From IMG/VR virus record IMGVR_UViG_3300030606_000037, positions 1 through 29,941 of that record: a stretch of 29,941 nucleotides of DNA. One strand, 5' to 3'. Shown here piece by piece: positions 8,347 through 15,800 of the stretch. A program made the translations under genes and the position numbers. The notes beneath the pieces were generated by a model. It was not told the origin of the DNA, did not search any database, and was given only the letters and a program-made list of their open reading frames with translations. The stretch's first letter is position 1. The number at the start of each line of letters is the position of its first letter. This DNA comes from a virus (Duplodnaviria > Caudoviricetes).

Positions 8347-8607
8347 ATGGATGATAGATCACGCGGCCTCTACGACAAGTTCCACATCGAGCGGATGGAC
8401 GGCTCTAGCGAGCCTGGCGGAAAGCACGAAGACTGCGAGTATTTCGTGCTCGACCTGACGCACGATCCGCACGCGCTACCGGCTCTCAAGGCATATGCCG
8501 ATAGCTGCCGCGTGGATTATCCGCTGCTCGCTGCCGACCTCGACAATATCCTTAGCCACAGTGGGCCGGACTCTGATGATCGCCTGCCCTCAAAGAACTC
8601 AGCATGA
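8347..8607 (+). CDS. conserved phage hypothetical protein (86 aa)
   Basis: GAGG RBS; GLYDKF..ER.DG...YFVLDLTHDPHALPALKAYA motif. Confidence 0.8.
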   Translation: MDDRSRGLYDKFHIERMDGSSEPGGKHEDCEYFVLDLTHDPHALPALKAYADSCRVDYPLLAADLDNILSHSGPDSDDRLPSKNSA

Positions 8608-8927
8608 AACAAGACATCATCAGCAAGGGCTTCGGTGCCCAGCCTGGAGAGTTCGTCTCCGTCCGCCCATGTGGCGACGAGCACGGCAACAAGACATATC
8701 TCGGCATCTATGTCGGCGACGTGAATATCGGCATTCCGAACCCGTGCATTTGGGTGCCCGATCTCAAGGAGTACATCTTTGGCTGCGAGTCGTGGTGGGG
8801 GAGGATCAAGAGCCCTGAACAGCTACGGCAAATCACCGATGCGGACATCGAGAACGTCTGGTACGTGCGGGCGCTTCGCGAGATCGAGTCAAAGCCCGCG
8901 CCTTCGGAGGACGCGAACCGTGGATAA
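8604..8927 (+). CDS. phage hypothetical protein (107 aa)
   Basis: ATGA overlap; VRPC..TYLG..NP...ESWWG...ITD.DIENVWYV. Confidence 0.8.
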   Translation: MKQDIISKGFGAQPGEFVSVRPCGDEHGNKTYLGIYVGDVNIGIPNPCIWVPDLKEYIFGCESWWGRIKSPEQLRQITDADIENVWYVRALREIESKPAPSEDANRG

Positions 8928-9123
8928 GCCGCTGCCATGTCCGTTTTGCGGCGCCGCGCCGGTCGTCGGGCCGAAAGATCCGGAGCGCGAAGGTAACGCG
9001 ATCGGGACCGTCAACTGCCAAAACAAGGAATGCTGGGCGACCGTGCAAGTCACGGTTTATCAGGACCGAGAACCGATCGCCGAGGCAATTCGGCAATGGA
9101 ATCGGAGGGACTCCGAACGATGA
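8920..9123 (+). CDS. Lar-family (restriction alleviation-like) zinc-ribbon protein (67 aa)
   Basis: GGAGG RBS, GTG 8920; LPCPFCG...CQNKEC...AIRQWNRR. Confidence 0.75.
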   Translation: MDKPLPCPFCGAAPVVGPKDPEREGNAIGTVNCQNKECWATVQVTVYQDREPIAEAIRQWNRRDSER

Positions 9124-9269
9124 AAACCGTATATGTCGTCAAGAAAGGCCGCAACGTGATCGCACTCTATGACACGCAAGGAGCTGCCGAGGCGCATTGC
9201 CGCAAGGAACCGGGTACGCGGTGGGTCGTGATGTACATGCACGAGTCTCGGGAAGGCACGCGCTCGTGA
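9120..9269 (+). CDS. small hypothetical protein (49 aa, MKTVYVV...)
   Basis: GGAGG upstream; 4-nt overlaps with both neighbours. Confidence 0.6.
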   Translation: MKTVYVVKKGRNVIALYDTQGAAEAHCRKEPGTRWVVMYMHESREGTRS

Positions 9270-9805
9270 TCTATTGGCAGCGAGTGACGAAATTCGACGT
9301 TCGCGGCTGCGCGCTAGCGGATCGTCACTACAGCCGCCGAAAGGTCGGCTCGCCTCAGTTCATGCCGCCAGGGCAGACGATTGTCTTGATCGCAGATAAC
9401 GCCGTATGGGGCTGGTGGCGTCCTCACCCTGACTCCGGGCTCAAGGCTATGAACGGGCTCGATGGCTGGACTTGTACGATCTTCCGCAACGAGGGACGGT
9501 TTCTATCTAGCGAGCTCGTGCTGGACGCCGAACGAGCGATTTCGGAAGCTGGACATAGCTGCGGCCCTGACGGCTTCCTTACCTACGTTTGGGACCGCAA
9601 AGTGCGGTCGCCTAATCCTGGGTACTGCTTCAAAATGGCAGGATGGACGGTCAAGGGGCGCAGTGCAGACGGACGTAAGACGCTGCTACAGAAACCGTGC
9701 GCGGCTAGCTCAATGGTAGAGCAGATGGCTTCCAACCATCCGACCGGAGTTCGATTCCCCGGCTGCGCTCCAACCCAACTGCCGCTGTACTCGGGAGACA
9801 CGTAG
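9266..9805 (+). CDS. putative Mom-like GNAT-fold DNA-modifying protein (179 aa)
   Basis: GTG 9266 overlaps the upstream TGA. ADRHYS near the N-terminus, FRNE..LSSELV, and LTYVW....NPGYCFKMAGW.VKG resemble the Mom-family 'HY' and 'SYAD...G.IY.A.(N/G)W...G' motifs. The ORF is well supported; the function is inferred. Confidence 0.6.
   Translation: MIYWQRVTKFDVRGCALADRHYSRRKVGSPQFMPPGQTIVLIADNAVWGWWRPHPDSGLKAMNGLDGWTCTIFRNEGRFLSSELVLDAERAISEAGHSCGPDGFLTYVWDRKVRSPNPGYCFKMAGWTVKGRSADGRKTLLQKPCAASSMVEQMASNHPTGVRFPGCAPTQLPLYSGDT
9699..9772 (+). tRNA. tRNA-Gly(UCC), 74 nt, CCA encoded, nested within CDS 9266-9805
   Basis: Acceptor GCGCGGC/GCTGCGC; TA; D-arm GCTC-AATGGTA-GAGC; anticodon arm GATGG-CT-TCC-AA-CCATC; 4-nt variable loop; T-arm CGGAG-TTCGATT-CCCCG (one A-C mismatch); discriminator T; CCA at 9770-9772. 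Confidence 0.92.
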
Positions 9806-9807
9806 CG

Positions 9808-10053
9808 ATGAGCATGCCACACGAATGCAGGTGCGAAATTTGCGGGTGCTCTATGTGGGGGCACGGCCCTAACTCTGTCGATCCAGCCGACAGACAAGAC
9901 ATCATCAACGAATTGATTCAGAAAGTACGTCAGTCGCTCGAAACGCCAACAGGACACCTAAGCCACGGCCGAATCAACATTGGCGCTGAACTCGCGAATC
10001 ACGTTGTGAGCCTGCTTAGGGCTCCCGTGATTACTGGAGGCAGCGATGCTTAG
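9808..10053 (+). CDS. hypothetical protein (81 aa)
   Basis: GGAG RBS; CRCEICGC motif; overlaps the next ORF. Confidence 0.6.
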   Translation: MSMPHECRCEICGCSMWGHGPNSVDPADRQDIINELIQKVRQSLETPTGHLSHGRINIGAELANHVVSLLRAPVITGGSDA

Positions 10054-10231
10054 AGCCCTAGCCGTCGTATGCGACCTTTGCGGCGCGACGATCAATGCCC
10101 ACGAACTACGCCCTGGGCATGAACGAGAGCAAGCACGCGCGGAGCGTGGCTGGATATATCGTGACGGCAAAGACATCTGCATGAGCTGTCAAAAACAGCC
10201 TGTTACTGGAAGCGCGGGAGAGACGGAATGA
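10046..10231 (+). CDS. small zinc-ribbon protein (61 aa)
   Basis: GGAGG RBS; VCDLCG...GW....DICMSC. Confidence 0.7.
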   Translation: MLRALAVVCDLCGATINAHELRPGHEREQARAERGWIYRDGKDICMSCQKQPVTGSAGETE

Positions 10232-10917
10232 GCGACAATTGGATCGATAGCCTGGATCACTTCATGACGACAGATGCTGGGCGCACTGCCGCTCGTATGG
10301 CAGCAAAGGAACGTGATGAACTTCTGCTCAAGCTCCACAAGCTCAGCGAGGATCACTCGCACTGCGAGGATGACAAGCACGAGCTTGGACGTCGAGCGTC
10401 CGATGCGGAGAGCAAGCTACGCAGCGTCGAGGCCGAGCGCGACGCTGCCAAGGAGTGCGAAAGGGAACGCGATGAACTGCGCGGCCTAGTTGCCAGCCCG
10501 GCCGTCTGCCAGAAACACGGCTGGCGAGGTTCGCCGTGTGCACTCTGTGAGCGCGACGATGCTCTGCGCAGATTAGGCGCGATCCGAAAAAAGTGCGAGG
10601 ACGAGCAAAATCCGTCACCACGACACGGCCGGCTTGATGCCACTGACAGGGGGCGCGTGGACTTCGCTCTGACGATTCTAGACTTGCTGGATGAGGCACC
10701 CGCCGTAGAGAAGCGCAAGCCTTTGCGAGTTACCGAAATAGAGCAGGACGGCGATGAAATCCTGTACCACTTGTCGGACGGACGTTGCGCCGTCAATCAT
10801 GTGCCATTGCTCCCTGCTGATGGAGCGCGATATATCATCGGTGACGTTTGTGCTGAATGCGGCGCAGCGCGTGGAACGCAGCACGAGCCAGAATGCGAAT
10901 GGCGCGAGTCTGAGTGA
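10228..10917 (+). CDS. hypothetical protein with coiled coil and Cys/His clusters (229 aa)
   Basis: GGAG RBS, ATGA overlap; EAERDAAKECERERDEL coiled coil; CQKH..CALC and CAECG...H...C. Confidence 0.7.
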   Translation: MSDNWIDSLDHFMTTDAGRTAARMAAKERDELLLKLHKLSEDHSHCEDDKHELGRRASDAESKLRSVEAERDAAKECERERDELRGLVASPAVCQKHGWRGSPCALCERDDALRRLGAIRKKCEDEQNPSPRHGRLDATDRGRVDFALTILDLLDEAPAVEKRKPLRVTEIEQDGDEILYHLSDGRCAVNHVPLLPADGARYIIGDVCAECGAARGTQHEPECEWRESE

Positions 10918-10919
10918 AT

Positions 10920-11066
10920 CAGTGGTCTTTAGGGATGGCGAAAGGAACTCCCGGCTTGAAAGTACGCATCAACTCCGGCCAAGAGTCATGCGGAAGCCTG
11001 CACCGGGATGAGCGATCAGCGAGCCGCCGGAGTAGCTCACCGGCCGCCATCCACTAAAGCCCTCTG
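10920..11066. ncRNA. candidate structured non-coding RNA at the early/late convergence point
   Basis: Nested complementary segments: 10927-10940 with 11045-11059, 10949-10954 with 11003-11008, 10965-10969 with 10988-10992, 10972-10975 with 10983-10986, 11026-11030 with 11040-11044. Confidence 0.55.
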
Positions 11067-11093
11067 GACGAACGAAGCACACTCAGTTAGCCA

Positions 11094-11501
11094 TTACCTG
11101 ACCAAGCGCTCACAATCGGGTTCCTGATAATCGTCCCCCGTTCTGAATCGATAGTCTCTTTTCAGGCGCGTGATCGTTGAGTTGACGCCAAATTGCCCCA
11201 TGCAGCGCAACGCAATCAAGCTGCGGAGCTCGGGCTCGATGTCGAGCTTTGCCTCGAGGCGCGATAGCCGCATTGCGAGCGCAGCGTTATTCTCATTGAA
11301 TGCGGTCTCAAGCTGCACCGCGCGCTCTGCCGTTGAGGTCTCGAGATCCCTGATGCTGTTGCGCACATTCTCGGTGATGGCTTCCTGAATGATCGGTTTC
11401 GCCACCACCCACGCCGCACCCGAGACCACGGTCAAGATAGTGATGCCCTGCACGGCTACGGAGAGCCACGGGGCTAGCGTCTTGAATGCCCCTTCGGTCA
11501 T
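11094..11501 (-). CDS. membrane-anchored coiled-coil protein in the lysis region (135 aa)
   Basis: N-terminal hydrophobic segment, then helical heptads and two Cys; ATGA overlap with the upstream gene. Confidence 0.7.
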   Translation of the reverse strand: MTEGAFKTLAPWLSVAVQGITILTVVSGAAWVVAKPIIQEAITENVRNSIRDLETSTAERAVQLETAFNENNAALAMRLSRLEAKLDIEPELRSLIALRCMGQFGVNSTITRLKRDYRFRTGDDYQEPDCERLVR

Positions 11502-11764
11502 GGCTTATCGGCCTTCAGCGCACCGGAGATTTTCTCATTTCCCTTAGATTTCTTGCCTGCCGCAAAGCTGGCTGCACGCACCTCGGCAACTAGCTCGTCC
11601 TTTATCGAATTCGTGTTATGAGCGACTTCGTGCATTGCCTTTGCCTGCGCCTGAAGTTCTTTTGAATTACGGTATGTAAGCCAGACGTTGACAAGTGTCG
11701 CGAGCGCATTCACCAGCCAGCCTAGCGACAGCAGCAGGAAGGCGATAGCAATGGTGTCGGTCAT
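11498..11764 (-). CDS. small single-TM membrane protein, lysis region (88 aa)
   Basis: IAIAFLLLSLGWLVNALATLVNVWL hydrophobic stretch and a basic C-terminus. Confidence 0.7.
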   Translation of the reverse strand: MTDTIAIAFLLLSLGWLVNALATLVNVWLTYRNSKELQAQAKAMHEVAHNTNSIKDELVAEVRAASFAAGKKSKGNEKISGALKADKP

Positions 11765-11782
11765 CGCGTCTGCGGCCCAGAG

Positions 11783-11944
11783 TCAGTTGCGCTTGTTGAC
11801 GACGATCAGCGGGCCGCTCGGCCAGCCGGTCAGGACGTGCACCGCGCCGACGATCAGCAACACCAGCGCGATCACAAAATTCGTGTCCGCGCTGAACCGC
11901 AAAAAGTCGAGCGCGAGCATGAACAAGATGAGAAATAAGATCAT
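11783..11944 (-). CDS. small two-TM membrane protein, holin-like (53 aa, MILFLILFMLALDFLRFSADTNFVIALVLLIVGAVHVLTGWPSGPLIVVNKRN); not in the ORF track
   Basis: Strong AAGGAG RBS, two hydrophobic segments, basic C-terminus. Confidence 0.7.
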   Translation of the reverse strand: MILFLILFMLALDFLRFSADTNFVIALVLLIVGAVHVLTGWPSGPLIVVNKRN

Positions 11945-11976
11945 GGTCTGTCTCCTTTGGGGTCAGCCCGCCGACC

Positions 11977-12387
11977 TTACACCGGCCCCGGCTGGATCGG
12001 GCTCTTGACGAAACGGCCGAGAATGACCGTCGCCAGCAGCAAGAGGCCCTGCGCGAACATATCGCTGTTCGTGAACGCCTCGAGCCACGGCCACGGGAAG
12101 TTGATCTCTTGAATCCCCTGAATGATCGGGATCAACGCGGCGGCTCCGACGACAGCCTGCTTGCTCGAAGTGCGCAGCATTACCGTCGGCTCGGTGCGAG
12201 TGAACTTCTCGCCGCTGGGCATTTCTACCTGGGCTTCGTCTTTCTCCTTCATGCGATCTCTCCTTTTAGGTGGAAGTCCTTTCTGCTGGCGGCGAGCGGC
12301 GCGGTCAGCCTTGCGCCGCTCTCGCTTATCGGCGCTCAACGGCCGCCACTCGCGCCAGATTTGAACCGCGAATGCCCCTAGGTTCAT
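11977..12387 (-). CDS. putative holin (136 aa from ATG 12387, or 91 aa from ATG 12252)
   Basis: Directly follows the endolysin with an ATGA overlap; two C-terminal hydrophobic segments; second in-frame ATG with AAGGAG RBS. Confidence 0.6.
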   Translation of the reverse strand: MNLGAFAVQIWREWRPLSADKRERRKADRAARRQQKGLPPKRRDRMKEKDEAQVEMPSGEKFTRTEPTVMLRTSSKQAVVGAAALIPIIQGIQEINFPWPWLEAFTNSDMFAQGLLLLATVILGRFVKSPIQPGPV

Positions 12388-12803
12388 GGCCTGACGATCC
12401 GGACCCCCGGCGCCGCGTTGTTGCGGCGGTCGACGTGCAACCACGTCTTCGTAACCTCAACGTCCTCGAGCGTCGTGAACGGGAACGCGTCCGGGTGCTC
12501 GACGATGTAGTCGAACATCTCCCGCGGCGTGGACTCCTGCGGCTTCAGGTCGAACCCGCGGCCGAAGCGGTGCATCGAGTAGCGGGCGCCCGTCGACGTG
12601 TCGAAGCTCCGCAGGCCGGACTCGCGGTACGGCCCGCCCCAGTAGTAGTTGTTGACGATGATCCGGCCGAAGCAATCGCGCAGCGCGTCGAGGCCGGCCA
12701 GCGACTCCGCGTCGAGCTGCTCCCATGCGGCGTCTCCACGCGCCTCGAGGAGCTCCGGGTACACGAGCTCGTGCAGGGCGAAATGGCGTGGGCGGTAGAT
12801 CAT
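12384..12803 (-). CDS. endolysin, peptidase M15 (zinc DD-peptidase fold), 139 aa
   Basis: HFALHEL, SGLR, SMHRFGRGFD (H-x6-D) and WLHVD zinc ligands; GAGG RBS before ATG 12803. Confidence 0.88.
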   Translation of the reverse strand: MIYRPRHFALHELVYPELLEARGDAAWEQLDAESLAGLDALRDCFGRIIVNNYYWGGPYRESGLRSFDTSTGARYSMHRFGRGFDLKPQESTPREMFDYIVEHPDAFPFTTLEDVEVTKTWLHVDRRNNAAPGVRIVRP

Positions 12804-12805
12804 GG

Positions 12806-15800
12806 TCACGAGAACCTCACCGAAATCTTCGAGATGAAGATGTCGAAATCGTTTGTACCAATACCGTCGGCGGTGATGACTGGCGCGATGGCGTCGCCGC
12901 CCACAAAAGCGCCAGAGATGTCGAGCGTGATGGTCGCCGTGTTCCATGAACCGTCCGATACCAGTCCTGAGACCTGATCGGTGTCTAGCGAGCTTTGCGC
13001 GATCCACCGGCGCCCGGCTGCTTGTGACGCCCTGTAAGGCGCCGCGGACGCCCGGATGCGCGAGCTGGCGTTCACCGTGCCGCCGGGCTCGATTCGGTAG
13101 CGGACGCGCACGGTCATCGTGTCGCCGGTGACCTCGAGCAGCGTGTTCGGATTCAGCTGCGCACCCTCGTCGCCGTCGATGTGGACGTAGGCGGCGCCCC
13201 CTCCGCCCTCACCGCTTGTCGGCTGGAATTCAAACGGGTCGCCGCCCTCAAGACCCTGAGTCCTCCAGAAGTACGTGGGGTCCGTGTCGAAGCTCTGGTC
13301 CGGCAGGATCGCAAACACAGGTGTAAGGAACGGCTGGTCGATGACTAGGCTATCGACTTCGCAAACTGCCACTGATGTCGTGCCAGCGCCGTCGTTGACT
13401 TCGAACGCAGGTCGAAAATAGCGCGTCTTCGTTTGCGCCGTGCCCGGCAGATACAGATCGCGTTGCCCCTGAAATCCTGACGTGAAGTTCGCGGTCGAGG
13501 TGCGCTGAATCAAATGCGCGAACACCCGCCGCCATTCATCGGTCCCGTATTCCTCATCGGCCTGCCAGAGGATCACCGGCCTATAGTGCGCAGTCCATGA
13601 CGCCGGGTCCGTCGTCTCCGAGCCGCCGCTGCTTGTAAACGAGGTGAGTCCGTCCTCTTTGAGCGGCAGGTAGCCGATCGACGTCTCCTCTCGGCCCGCG
13701 TCCGCCGTTACCCGCTTGTGCTGCACCTTGAAACGATAGGTGAAGCCCTCCGCGTCGTACGGAATCAGAGAGCGATGGACGAACGTGGCAGCGCCCTCGA
13801 TGCGCATGACCTTGCCGCCGTTCTCGCCGGTCTGCGGGAACGAAATCGTCGGCGAGCCGAAGAGCACGTCCCAGTGCTTGTAGAAGTCCTCCTCGGTCTC
13901 GTAGCCTTCGAAGTGCTCCTCGAACACAGTGACCGATGCGGCCTTCGGGCGCGCCTCGATCCCGGCGGTCGACGAGCTCGGGAAATAGTCGCCGACGTTG
14001 CCGTACAGGTCCTCGATCCGCGCCCACAGGTAGTGCTTCTTCGAACCGCCCGGAAGGGGCAAGAACCAGTCGAGCCGGTCCGGGTTTTCGAGGTTGTTCG
14101 TGAGCGGAAACCAGTACGACGTCGTCGTCGCGTGGTCACGGTCGTTGACGGTCCCGACGCGCACGTGGATCCGGTCCATCGCCCGCTGGTCGAGATTCGT
14201 GACATTGAGCCGAAGTGTCAGCCCGCCCACCTCCGGCAGGACGGTGAAGTCGTCCGGCGTGGGGGTCGCGAGCGTCAGCGCTTCCACTTCGTGCTGCGTC
14301 GTCGCGGACCAGCCGGAGCGCGCTCCGTAGACCGTGAGCAACTCGAGCTGCACCTCATAGGTTTCTCCCGGCTCCACGTCGAACGTAGCTGTCGAGCCAC
14401 CGCGGACGCCCTGCGCCGGCAGGATGACCCAGGGCTGCTCCTCATCGGCCTGCACGACGCGGATGCGCGCCTGCACGCGGTCGTAGAGCGTCCCCTGGAA
14501 GCTCGGCAGCCGATAGGCGACGACCATGCGGGCCGCGCGCTCGCCCGACGGCATGATCACGTCGAGATTCGGCTCCGACGAGATCTGGATGACGATCGGC
14601 TTGGGAGGAATAACGTCCTCGGGCCGCACCGGCGCCGTGATGTTCGGGTCGTAGTCCGGTATGTCGCCCGTGTCGGCGTCGAGGATCTCAGGCGCCGCGT
14701 CGACGGCCGTGATCTCTGCGCGCAGTCCCTGCCGCGGCTGCACCCGGATGATCTTGAGCGCGATGTCCTCGCTGCCCGAGACGCCGATCACCGCCATGTC
14801 GCCGACGCGAATGTCGGCGTCGAGCGTCGTCGAGGCTTTGAACGTGCGGACCGCGACGCCGGCCGGCGCCGTCACCGCATAGTCGATGACCTCGACGTCG
14901 CCGTCGGCGCGCACGACCCGGACCTTGAGCACGTAGCTCGTGCCGCTCGTGATAATGAACGACTCGTCGAGCGTGACGTTCTGTCCCCACACGCGCGTGA
15001 TGCGCCCGCGCCCGACGTTCCACAGCACGACATCGTGCTCCACGTGCACCAGGTCGCCGCGGATGCAAGCAAGGTGCTCGACGTCCATGCTCCACGTGTA
15101 GAGCGCGGGCCTGAGCCTCGCCTGCGCAAGGTGATAGCGGCCGAATTTCCACACCTCGTCCGGATCCGTCTTGCCGTCGAAGGTGACGGTCTCGAACTTC
15201 GTAGCAGTGTTCTCGTCGTAGCCGTCGTCATAGACGACGATCTCGTCCTGCTGCCAGCCCTCGTCCTCGGACAGGAACCGGCACTTGAGCCCGTGCGGCA
15301 TGTCGACGAAGCGATGCTCGAACGAGAAGCCGGACGAATTACGCGGCGTGATGAGCTGCGTCGGGACGGTCGCCTGCTCCTCGCGGATGACCGTATGCTT
15401 CGCGTCTCGAAGGCTCCGCCCGGCCCTGCCGGCCGCGGCGCAGGTACCGAGCGCATCGAACACCGTCGTCTCCTGATCGAATACGCGATCGAACTTCCGA
15501 TCGGCAGCAGCGCACGCGGCCGCCCAGGCCGCGAGCTCGTCGAGCCAGATGCGGTCCTCCGGATCGGTCACGGGACGCGCATTCGCGGGCCCGGTCAGCA
15601 TGTCGAGATAGGCCCAGGCCGGATTCCGGGTCGCCGCGGCTGCCGTGAAGGCGCTGCCGTTCCAGGTCCGCAGCTTCCGGGTCGCGACGACGTTTAACTG
15701 GTCGATGACGCCCTGCAGCGTGTCCGACGCCTTGATCCGGAGCTTCAGGAACTCGACGCCCTGATCGGTCGAGACGGCCGCAGAGTCGACGTCATGCGAC

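Noticed and set aside
10754-11011. 85-aa ORF running into the intergenic structured region
   Set aside because: Mostly overlaps the 229-aa ORF out of frame and has no motif; the RNA-structure explanation fits better.
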